This document shows positions 41,940 through 53,280 of a DNA stretch of 64,000 nt, piece after piece (positions within the stretch are counted from its first letter, which is position 1; each line of letters starts with the position of its first letter). The notes below the pieces were generated by a model. That model made no database searches. It worked only from the letters and a program-made list of their open reading frames with translations, and was not told where the DNA came from. The translations under genes were made by a program, and so were the position numbers. Source of the stretch: Lama guanicoe (Eukaryota); assembly GCA_013239625.1 (NCBI GenBank), contig MU055753.1, positions 3,892,153 to 3,956,152 of the forward strand, written 5' to 3'.

Positions 41940-42720
41940 GACCCAGTAATTCTACTCCTAGCAATTTATCCTGAGGAAACAAATATGTGGAAATAAATGC
42001 CATGTGTGCTGGAGAGAGGTGTGAAGAGATGCACCAGCCACCAGGGAGACGCAGACCAAACCACCGGGAGGCTGGGACCGCGGGCAGTAACAGCTTCGGA
42101 GCGTGTGGAGATACCAGGGCCCTCCCCACACGGCTGCTGGGGACGCAAAACAGCACAGCCGCTAGAGAAAACAGCCTGGCAGTTTCTCAGAAAGTTAATC
42201 ATAAACTTAAATAAACCTCAGCAATTCCGTTCGAGGTGTCTACCCAAGAGAAGTGAAAAAATGTCCACGCAAAAACCCACACAGAAACTTTCACAGCAGC
42301 AGATTCATAAAATCCAAACTCAAACGTCCATCAGCTAATGAGCAGGCCAACTCCATGCGTGGTGTGTCGCTTGGCTGTAAAGAAGGGAAGCACCAACACT
42401 CGCTATAACGTGGATGAGCCCTGAGAACACGAGGCTCAGTCACAAAAGCAGACACAGCAGGTCACACATTGCGTGATTCCCCTGATACCAAGCGTCCAGA
42501 ACAAGCAATCCACAAACACCAAAAATGGATGAGTGGTTTCCAGGGGCTGGAGGGGAGGGGGTGACTGCAAGTGGGCAGGATCTTTTGGGGTCACTGAGAT
42601 GCTGTGAAGCTGGGTTGTGGTAACAACTGCACAACCCCACAAATGGACTAAAACCACTGAGCTGAACACTTGTGAGTGGTGAATTTGACTGTATGTAAGT
42701 TACACCTCAATAAAAGTGTC
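41940..42720 (+). mobile_element. Old LINE-1 (L1MB-like) 3' end, fragmented
   Basis: gacccagtaattctactcctagcaatttatcc; ctagagaaaacagcctggcagtttctcagaaagttaa; terminal gtgaatttgactgtatgtaagttacacctcaataaa. Confidence 0.8.
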
Positions 42721-43791
42721 ATCGATACAGTAACAAGAGAACTGAAGCGATTTGCTAACTCGCTTGTCCCTGCCACCATCTGCTTCCCAGCACATCCCTC
42801 AGGACCTCAAGCTCCCATGACTCCGTCCACTGAAGATAACACAGACAAGACTTTGCGACTCCCTGGGCAGCCTCCCAGGAGGCTGGTCCTGCTCCTGCAC
42901 ACTTACCAGGGCCCTGCCTGCTAGTCACCTAGTGGGTAGGCCTGGGACACATCTGGGGCCCACAGACCCTGGGGAATGTTCTATACAAGTGAGCTGGGTC
43001 CGAGGGAAGTGACAGAAAAGGGCCACTGCAGGTGCCTTCAAGAGACAGAGGATGGTGTCTGCTACCCACTGAACCCAGGCCTGGGCGGCCAGGAGTGAGG
43101 GCTGCCTTTGGCCCAAGGTCTGGGGACCCAAAAGTCTGCTGAGCCCTGGGCATCCTTCCCTCCAGTGAGGCCACAGGATGCGGTGAAGGCAGGGGTGTCA
43201 GTATGGGTTGGGATGTTGGAGCCCAACTTGCCCCACTCTGTCACCCCAGCACCTAGCGGGGAAGCCCTCCAGGTGATCTGGGGCAGCCTGAGCAGAGAAA
43301 CCTGGGCTGTGTCCGGCCACAGCTGTAGCTGGAAGAAGCTGACAGGTGAAGGTTTGCCAGTAGGGCCCCACAGTCCCCACTGCACCCCTGCAGGCAGCCA
43401 TGTCAGAGCAGGAGCCCCCACACAGGCAGGGGGCCAGGGTAGTGCCCCAAAGTCCCATGAGAAGCAAGCCAGCATCCCCCGTGCACGCCCCTCCCCTGCA
43501 AGAAGCTCCAGCAGCAGCTCCAGCTTCAGCATTAGATAAGCAAGCCCCGGGCCAAAGGCAGGCAGTGTGTGCCTGTCCCAACTACCTCCAGCCAGCCAGG
43601 CTGAGACCCACTACCATGCTAAGGGAGGGGCCAGCATCCCAGACCTTCTCTGCTGGGTGAGCAACCCCAGGGTACCCTAAGGAACAGAGACCCATTTCTC
43701 TGAAAGCCCTTCTGTCAAGGAGGGCGCACCCTGACAAAGCAGCACCCGCCCTTCTGGGTCCTTCGGGGCCAACCCCTCCCCACCTTCTTAC

Positions 43792-43973
43792 CTTCGGGCC
43801 CGGGGGCGTGGGGGCTGATGCTGCCGGGTGACCAGGGTGCTGCCCCAGACAGGCCCCCCGGGGCCACTCCTACACCAGCCGGCTGCTGCCGGGGGCCCTG
43901 GGTAGGATGGTCCCCCGGGGAAGCCGTGGTCCGACTCGGTCTCGGCGGCCAGCGAGGAGGCGGAGCTCCCCAT
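43792..43973 (-). CDS. CAPN15: Putative alternative upstream coding exon of CAPN15 (exon about 44081-43792; ATG at 43973) encoding an MGSSASS... N-terminal extension
   Basis: Kozak-optimal gccATGg and 182 coding nt ending at donor AAG|GTAAGA. Phase 2 joins in frame through the 22-nt leader of the 38548 exon. There is a long pyrimidine tract upstream and local CpG retention. Confidence 0.65.
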
Positions 43974-45321
43974 GGCCTCCGCGACAGTGGCCACGCTGAG
44001 AGCCGGGCCTGGTCACATGTGGCCGGCGGTGGCGGGCGAGGTGGAGCATGGAGCACCCACACCGGAGACAGGGCAGCTGGGCTGGTCCAAGTCACATGAC
44101 AACAACAGAAATAAACACAGAATAAAGAGAAAGAGAAAAGATAGCGTGATTCACAGGCATGGAGTCCCCAGAAGCCCTGGGAGGTTCTCCAGTGCCCCCA
44201 TAGCCAGGGGTCCTACCAGGGCCTCGGGCTCAGCATTGACAGAGCTGCACCCCCGGCACACGGCACGCCTCTGCCCCGTAATGACGCCCTCTTCTCTGTT
44301 TCTGAAAACCCACACCAACCCATCAGCCACCCACGGAAGAGAGACGGCTGTGCCACAGCCACTGGTCTTTAAAGAGGGTGTTATCCTTAGACGAAAGGAT
44401 GGAGGAGATATTTAACTAGAGGAAAGGAAAGTAAGGGAAGAGAGCCCAGTGGGGCAGGTGAGCCCTGGCAAGACGGCCTCCAAGAGGGGCACTGGGTGCT
44501 GCCCACAGCCACAGGGAGGCCACCATGGCCTTTCTAGAGGGATAGCCTTCCCAACCCAGAGATGGGTGACCCGAGAGGGACCCGGGAGGCTGCAAGGCCT
44601 CCAGTAGGGTGACTGCCTGCCCTCTCGGGAAGGCCGATGGGTCCAAGAGCATCTGCCCTGTAACAAGAGACCAGGTGCATCCCATTTCAAACGAGGCAAG
44701 TCCCAGTCAGTTCAGGAAAGACACCTGGGCTGGGCTTTGGCCCAGTGTGGGTGTCTGCTTGGCTTTCTGGCCTAGCAGGTGACCAGCAGCTCTGCCCCTA
44801 CCACCTGGTCTGCATCACCCAATGACACCCTCCCCCAGCTTCCTAGTAAGTCCCTTGTGCACAGGGGTCAGCGGTGGGGTAAAACCGAGGGGAGCTGTCC
44901 TTGCATACAGGTGAGCCAGTGAGCGCCCAAGCCCCCTAGAAATACTGGTCCATGCTGCACCAGGGTATACAAGTAAGTCTGCCCACACCTGGGAGTGACC
45001 AGCATGCGCAGCTCTGGAACCTGGGGCACCAACCGCCACAGGACAGGGGTGGGAGAAGTCTGGGCCCACTGCCCCATTAGAGCTTCAGTCAGAACAGCTG
45101 AGTCTCCTGCAGTGATACCGTTTGCCTGGACCCTTATTCTGAGGGACATGGACAGAGCAACACAGGCCCTGACAGGCTTGACGACCTTGAAAGTCACCTA
45201 CCACTCAAGTGTCCTCTGCTCAGCAGGACCAGAGCCAAGTGGTGGTACAGAGGCCCCGTGTCCTGCAAGCCGACAGTGCCCACCTGGACCCTGAAAGAAG
45301 GGCTGGGCCTCCGGCTACAGG

Positions 45322-45480
45322 AGCACAGCCCAGTAGGAACATTGTGTGAGCCACACGTGTCATTTCTAACCCTCCGACAGCCACGTGAAAAAGATAAGAC
45401 AGGTAAAAGGAGTCTTGATAACCTATCCTAGGTAACCCAACATATCCAAAACATCACCGTGTCATTTAGAAATCAGGATG
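45322..45480 (+). mobile_element. MER33-like (hAT-Charlie) DNA transposon fragment
   Basis: gagccacacgtgtcatttc...agccacgtgaaaaag...acaggtaaaa...taacccaacatatccaaaacatca resembles the MER33 5' half as I recall it. Confidence 0.6.
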
Positions 45481-48400
45481 AAGCCCCACGCGACTCACGC
45501 GCCACCTGTGTTCAGTCAAGGTCCTTCCCCTACGGTGGTTGATGCTCTTCTCCATGGAGACCAGCCACACTCCGGGGGCAGCAGCCACGCATGCCAGAGG
45601 TGAGCAGGGTCATTTACATCTGCTTTGCCCATGGTTATGAGTCGGATACTAGAACCACTGGAACAGCTCCCCCAGGTTCCTGAACCCCACCGCATCCAGA
45701 AGGCCCTCACAGGAAGAGAGCCCAGGTGTTCCTGACACTCCCCTTTCACAGTCAAATCCTGGGTGGGTGATGGCCTGAGCTGAAGCTGGGCTCAGCGAAG
45801 CTGCCCATGGAGCAGAACTGCTCAAGCTCGATCCAGGGCTGCTCTACCCCTGAGTAAGAGCTCAACCCGTGTCCACTGTGAGAGCAGAGCATGGGTGAGA
45901 GTAGACAGTGTGCCCGTGGCCCGGTCAGCTGGCATCATGTGCATCTGATGCAGGTACAGCCAGGGAGGAAACCAGCCCCAGTGAAAAGTGAGGTGTAGCC
46001 CTGGGCCCATGGGGGATCTGCGGGCCACAGGGCCTGGCTCTGCCTGGAGAAAAGGGCACCAAAGTCCTGTGAGGACCGCCTGCTCTTCATCAATGCTTTA
46101 AACTTTGGGGTAGTGGGTGCTCAGGCACAGACATTTGGGGTGCACGCCAGTGACCCCACTGCATGTGGGAAGAGCACACGGTACTGAGCAGGGCCAGCTC
46201 TGCACCCAAGTCTCAACAGCAGCCACACCCTATGTGCCGGCCTCCTGACCTGCCTTCAGGAAACACTGACCCTGCAAATAAGAGGGTCTGGGGCAGCCAG
46301 GCCACCATGTAGCCCACCCTCATTGAGGCCTCCAAGAGAAAGTATGGATGCCCCCTAGGAAGCAGCCAGCTCTGGAGGGGCCTCTCCCGGGATGCCAGAA
46401 CCCAAAACCCTCACACTCTAGCTCTGGCCTGCGGGGGTGGTGAGGAGCCCTGGCTTGCCCTGGCTCAAGGGTCCCCCTGCCCAGGGTGATGCGTGGAAAC
46501 CCATATCAGGACAACCCACCAGGGAGGTGGCTTTCACAAACACAGCTACCCAGGCCCCGGGCAAGAGCCTCGTCGCCTCTGCTCCTGCCCCAAGAACCAA
46601 GTCCTTTCATCCCCTCTTTTCTGAGTCCTCGCTTACTAAGCCGGCACCCAGACCACTTGGGCACCGACAACACTGCCCCAGGGGGCTCCCCGGCTGCTGT
46701 GGCTTAAGAACAACACTATGTAAGCAGGCCTCCCAGCAGAAGCTGGAGCACACATGCCAGCAGCACCAGCCTCCCGCCAGCACGAGGGGCGGGCGCTCCA
46801 GGACAGGGTACCAGGGGATGAGGTGCCTGCCCCACCACCCACAGACCATGCTGGCTCCTCCTTGTCCTCATTCTGGAACCACTGTCCTAGATCTGAATGG
46901 GACGGCGGCCTAGATCTGGCCTCAAGGAAACATGGAGGTGGGGCTGCAGCCACTCCCCGCCCCAAATGAAAACCAGGGTTAACCAGCACCCCCGTTAAGT
47001 GCCTGAGAAGACAGCAGGGGACTCTTCCCCAGAGTGATGGGGAAGGGCTCGATCAGGGCGACCCTCTCCTCAGGACCCTGTGTGGGGCACATCTGTCTCA
47101 GTGGTGGCAGGCCAGGCCCTGGGGGCGACACCTCACTTCCTCATCCAGTTCAGTGCCTCTCATTGCTCCCCAGGGCCTTCCGACACCTGAGGCAGGAAGA
47201 GGGGCAGGTGCCGTGAGGCAAGGACACAGGCTCGAGGGCACTTCCCTGCAGGTGACAGGTGAGTTGCTCCCACCAAGCGAGTTACCTGGCCAAGGACTGG
47301 GAGAATTGGGGAGCCGAGACCTGGCAGAAGCCGAGCCCCAGGTACTGGTCAGGGAGGGTGCACGGTCCTCATGCCCCATCCCCCCAAACTCGGGGGCTCC
47401 ACACAGACATGTGTGTATACACCTGGCCCAGGTCTGTGTTCAGGACCCACGCACCTGATGCCTGGCTGATTCTCTCCAGGTGAGCAGGCCTGTCCCAACT
47501 GCACAACACCTTGGGCCCAGGGCCCAAGTCTCATTAAATCTCAAGACCCATCTCTCCATCTCGTAATAATGGTGTTCTCACCAACTGCAACAACCCTTAC
47601 AGGATGCATGAACTAGGCCTGGGATGGGGTGCAAAGGAAGAAAGGCTCACTGAGGGGACCCCAGGCTTTTCTGGGGCATCATTCCCTGGGCCACCAAGGC
47701 TGCACCCATTAGAGGTGAAGCCTGAACCCTGGGCAGAAATGCGGAGGACCTGAAACTTCTGCCTGAGTGAACCCTCCTAAGTCCCTTCCAGAAACCAGGC
47801 TGGGATCCCACCCTGGGAGGGCCTCGACTTTGACCTCTCTGCCCCCAGCATCGATGGGACAGCATCCTCTGGCAGCCACCCTCCCTCAAAGTGGTCAGCT
47901 GCCTGCATCAGCAGCTCATGTCAGAGGTGGGGCCATCAGGGACGTGGGGATTCTATGTGGGGGGAACACCAAAGGGACTACAGACACAGCCCAGCCAAAA
48001 GTCTGCCTTGCAGTGCGCTTGGAACTATGGGACCACAGCCCCAGGCCTCAGATGCATGGCGGCACACAGGGCTGTGAGGACCAGGCTTGGTCAGGGCAGG
48101 AGTCCGGGAAGAAAGGTTCTGTGAATCAAGGGTTTTGAGACAGGCCTGCACACCACCTCAGAGGGGGTGCCCACACGGCTCCACTGCAGCAGGACAAACC
48201 CACAGAGCTCATGCCTGGGTCTTTGCCTTGGGAGGCAAGGCTCCATGGCAAACTTGCCAAGAACACGTCTATCCAGAGGGCAAGCCCCACTCTCCTGGGA
48301 GGGTCTGGACTCTGGCCCTGGAGCAGCAGCCCCAACCCCCAGGCTTATCAGCAGGAGCCACAGTCCACTGGAGAGTGGTACCGACCAGTCACGTGGTCTG

Positions 48401-51400
48401 GGCCTGGCAGCCACCTGAACTCCTAATAGAGGACTCTGTCCCCACCCCAAGAACAGTCCTATGGGAGGAAGTCAGGGACCATGTCCCTTTAGAAGACACA
48501 TATGTCCCTCACCCAGAGTAGGCTGGAGGCCCCAGGGGCATGTCGTGACCCAGCCACTCCTTGTTGCTTACTCCAAGACCATGACCACCTCTAAGCCAGT
48601 CAGGGGCACAGGGGATAGTCCTCTGCCTATGGCTAGGGCCACCAGGGACAGGTGCCCAGGTAGGGCAGGGCTCTGGGTGAGCAGCCAGTAGCCATGGAGA
48701 TTCACCTGGACCTAGGTCCCGGTACCACCTGGCCACTCCACTGGCCCACAGGGTACATATGCCCCTTCCTGTCCTTCCCAAAACCAGTGTGAGGCCTGAC
48801 GCCTCCCCTACCTGGGCCAGTACCCTGCAATAGCGCTATCAATCTCTGAGAGGGGACTGTAGAGGTTCTGCTGAAAATTATCATAAACATCCCTCTAAGA
48901 ACCAGGTCCAGGAACAAAATCATAACCAGCACTTCCTAGTATCCAACTTCCTGAGAAGAATGCGTGGGCCCCAAACCCCTGCCCGCGTATGCTCCAAGGC
49001 AGATGCTCTGCCTGGTGTTTCTGGACTTGTGTGTGTCTGTCAGCCCTGAAGGGTCAGGGTGCCCTGCATGCTCAGAGCCACTGACGCTGGTGATGTAAAC
49101 GACTGGCAAGTGTCTGGCGGGATTTGCTCTGTTCCCGAGGCCCCTGCTTTCTGGCTGGGGTGGAGGAGCGGAGACAGGTCCCTCAAAATCAAACCCACGG
49201 GGAGGAGCAGCTCACCAGCAGGGAGGCCAGAGCATGAGCACACAGGGGCCCTTGGCTACCTCCTGGAAGGGGAAGGAGGTCACTGTGTATCCTCTGGTAT
49301 CTTTGAAGCCCAACCTACCTCACTCATGCATTGTGAAAAAGGATACTGTCAGGGACGCCACCAGTTTCTAGTTCATGAGTTCAATATTGTCTAGTTACAA
49401 ATACTATTTTTAATACTATTTTTAACAGGAAAAGAGAGGCACCAGATGAGCACTCTTGCTCTCTGGCACATCCACATTTCTGATTGCCAAGTGGTGGCAG
49501 GAGCAACCCTGGCCTGGTCAGCCTGGTGACCTTGGGCCTCGCTAGTGGCACAGCTGCTGCACAGGGACATGAGGGCACTCAGCCTCCAGCTCACCCCAAA
49601 GGGAGGCAGATGTCGAGTAGGGGAGCCTCTGAAGCCACCTCTTCAGGAGCAGCAGGGGCTCCAAACACGCTGCCCTTCCTCTTCCACTGGGGCTGGGGCA
49701 GGAGACCCTAGAAGCACTGATGTGGAGGTGGACGGGTGTAGAGGAATTCCTCTACTCTATGTGTGGGCTATGACCACCCAGAGGAGCAGAACCTATGTGG
49801 TTGCCTTCCCTGGGACCCAGACGCTGTGACTCTTCCCAACAGCAGCTATCAACCTGTTTTCCTCCTGATATCCTGCAGCACCATCCAGGCATGTCCCCCA
49901 GCCCGGCCACAGGGGAGATGGAGGGGAACGGCGCAGTCCTTGACCTCAGGGAACAGGGTGTGGAGCAGCTGTCCAAGGGAGACAGAGCTGCTAGGGCAGA
50001 GAGTGAGGCCATGTGTTCCACTTGGTCTTGTATGAATCCACGCTGGGTACCCTGGACAGGTCCTGCTGGAAGGACAGCACATCCCACAGGCACCAGGAGG
50101 CCCCACAGTGTCCTCCTCCAGCCTGCAGCTCCCTGCACTTTCCTGGCAGCACCAACAGCTTCTGCGAGCCTCTGCTCAGACCCCACCCTGGGCCACTGCC
50201 AGAGTGACAGGGTGTGGCTAGGCAGGTCTCCAAGCCCAAACTCCACTCACAGCCTCCCTACTATTCATTCAAAGAAGGCAGAGGCAGGTGAGCCCCTCAT
50301 CCCAAAGAGCCTGTGGGTGCTGTTCCAGGCCACCCTGGGAGCTCCCCTCCAAGTTCAGAGCTGGGTCACCAGAGCTGCCAGCCTGTATGTAGATGACTAA
50401 GGACGCTCTTGGACCACCCCCTCGGTGTGGATGGGGCAGTGCTGGGCATATGCCTGAGACCTTGGCAGAAGGGAGTAGGCGAGAAACACAACCATGTTCC
50501 TGCTTTGGGATGTTCCCACAGGTGCTGGAAGCCGAATAATGGGGTGCCATAATTATGGGGCGGGAGGTGCCAGAGGCAGTCCAGGCAGAAAAGCAGGGTG
50601 AAGAACCAGCTGATCAGAGCCCTCTGACCAGCTAGGGCCCACGAAGACATCTGTGGTTTCTGAGGATTTTTAGGGCAGCAGAATCCTTCCCGTCTCTGTG
50701 CATAAAAGACATAAACAGTAGGTGGTGGAACAAGGAAGTTGAAAGGCAATCCTCGAGGATCAGAGCTGAATGTGCAGTCTGTCTGCCCCTCCCCCACCAG
50801 CAACGGCTGCCCCTCAGCCTCGTCTCCTGATCTGTGAAGCTTAGCAGAGTGCTACCCGCGAGACACGAGCCCTGAGACAAGGAGCTTCAGCAAAGGCACC
50901 CTATCAAGAAGGGCAGAGGAGCTCAGAGCAACCCTCATGGATACAGGATTAGAGTGCCCATCCACTTCCTGTTCTTGGAGCCCGAAGTCTGGGGGGTCAA
51001 AGCAGAGACAGTAGATCTCAGACTGAAAGTCCCTTTTTAAAGCCATGCAGTCACTGAGCCTTGGGCCCAGGAAGGCTTAAGCCTGGCTCTCAGTAGGTCA
51101 CGATGTCATCAGCCTGACAGGAAAAGCAGCTTGAGAGAGTTTCAGATGCAGAAGGGAAGAGGGGTGCTACTCTTGGGAGCAGAACGACCTGAGACGAAGT
51201 AAGAGGAGCCCAAAACCAAGGCTAGGCTGAGCTGGCCTCTCACAAGACCCACTTCCACCAGCCAGCCACAGAGCAGTGCCTCCCAGGCTCCCCTGTCTGC
51301 CTGGGGCCTTCTTCCTGCGACTTGGGCCAAGGAAACACAATCTCTCTTTCTCTCCACACTTGAGAAAGTCATTTAGAAGTAGAAGGATGGAATTACTCCA

Positions 51401-51879
51401 GCCTAGCCTCTGGGGGTAGGAAGGTGATCACGGGCATCTTCCCGACAGTGGCTTACAGAGCTCCCCAGACCTGGGCAGAGGGAAGAGCTCAGGGATTCCT
51501 AAAGGAGGGGCTCCCAGGAAGAGTGTGGACCTACTCAGCACCTACCTGAGCCCCAGTTCCCCGACAGCACAACACAGCACCAAGCTGCAAGACCCCAAAC
51601 TCCCGGGCCTGGTCTCACTGGGGTCCTGTTGCCCATGGTCCGGTCACAAATTCCTGTGTGTTACGGCCCTCCTCTCCTCCTGGAGCCAGTCCAGTCAGGG
51701 CCACTTGACCATACAACAAGGGTGCACTAGTCAGGACCGGAAGGGCCCCTCCTTAGGCAGTAAAACAGTCCGGTCGGCCGGTAGTCTGGCAAACATTCTT
51801 TGGGCCACCTTGGGTAACTTCTCCACAGCAACAGCAAGAGAGGAACCGGGAGGAGGAAGTATGGTGGCCAGTGGGCCCC

Positions 51880-53280
51880 CAGGGCGCGCTTGCGCTCCCC
51901 ACTCCACGGGACCCCCGGACACATCCCCTAACGCTTCCAGAGCCAGGACACTGCCCAGAAATAAGGGCACTCAAGGGCAGGAGGGGCTGAGGCCGCCTCC
52001 CGTGTCCGCAGCACCCTGGGCTGGTCTCCCGCTGCCCGGTGCCCCAGGTCACGCTGGCTCCCCTCTCCAGCAGCGCCCCCAGCCCGGCAGGACTGGCCAA
52101 TGCCCAGCAGGCGCCGCTCGGCCGGCCCGGCCAGGAAGGGGTCCAGGCCGCGCCCCTGGCCCCGGTCCGGCCCGGTCGGCGGGGCTCACCTCCACAACCC
52201 CGCGGCGCCTCCTCAGTCCCCGTGGCCCGGGCCCGCTCGTCTGCGCCGGCCGGCCCACAACTTGTTCTCGAAGGGCAGGACGGCCCCTGTGCCGCCGGCG
52301 CGCTGCCCTGATGGCCTCCCGCACTGAGTGGCAGAGCCGGCAAGCACCACGACCGGGCCCAGCCCGCGCCGCGCCCTGCGCCGCTTCCGTAGCGTAGCGC
52401 CCGGCCGGGGCCCCGCGGCTACGGCGCGCCTGGGGCGCACGCGGCGCTGTGAATCGCGCGCTAGGACTACGGCTCCCACAGGGCGGCGCGGCGCGCCAGG
52501 CAGGCCGGGAGGCGGGGCCCGGCGCGGTGCGTGAGGCAGGTGGGGAGGCGGAGTTCGGGGCGGTGGCCAGTATTGGAGGCTCTCCAGGGGCCCGCCGACT
52601 TCCCGGGCCTACCGGACCGCGGGCGCTCAAGTAGGTGGCTGAGCCCTGGGTCCCAGGAGGCGCTGCAAGTCGTGGGGCGAGGGGCAGGCGCCGAGGACGG
52701 GACCCAGACTACAGCTCCTAGAATGCCCGGCGCGGGAGGAAGGGGCGGGACCCGAGTCGCGGCGCTTCCGGCTGCCGTACGGCGAAGCCGGGGTTGCGGC
52801 AGCCAACGCCAACCGGGTCCCTGTGGTCCGCGGGGCCACCGGACCCAATAGCTTTCTTCTGGGACCCCTCTGGACATGTCAGTCTCCCTGGCTCCCCGCA
52901 GGTCATGGTCAAGAGCCCCAGTTTCGCTGGGACCGACCCGGGCTGAGCACGGCCGCGCCACTCGGTGTGACTTGGGCACGCCGCTTGTTTGAACCGGTTT
53001 CTCCTCGGCCAGCAAGGAAACTAGTATCCCGGGCCACTGGGAGGACCGAGGGAGGCACAGGGCGCAGCTCAGTGCCTGGCGGGAAGGAATCCTGTGTCGT
53101 GCGCGGGGCCTCTGAGCGGAACTCGCGCTCTCGCCGCCCCCCGCCCCACCCCATTCGCAAAGAACTTCCTCAGGTGCGGTCACTCCCTGGGAGGTCACTC
53201 TCACACCCAGCAGCCACGGAACTGGGGCTGGGGGGATCCTGCCCTCCGTCGCCTTGATGTCCTGGAGGCTGCGGGACCTG
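51880..53280 (-). promoter_or_regulatory. CAPN15: CAPN15 CpG-island promoter with non-coding exon 1 (3' end 52190, TSS about 52400)
   Basis: Very CpG-dense; donor GAG|GTGAGC at 52189; ETS motif (gcttccg) at about 52385; GC boxes and CCAAT (attgg) at about 52540-52575. Confidence 0.82.

Noticed and set aside
45618-47700. Candidate internal non-coding CAPN15 5'UTR exons (about 47699-47651 and 45758-45618)
   Set aside because: Splice signals are only partly convincing and there is no reading frame to confirm them; transcript data are needed.
39500-51000. Orthologues of the human intronic MIR3176 and MIR5587
   Set aside because: I could not recognise the hairpins or mature sequences by eye.
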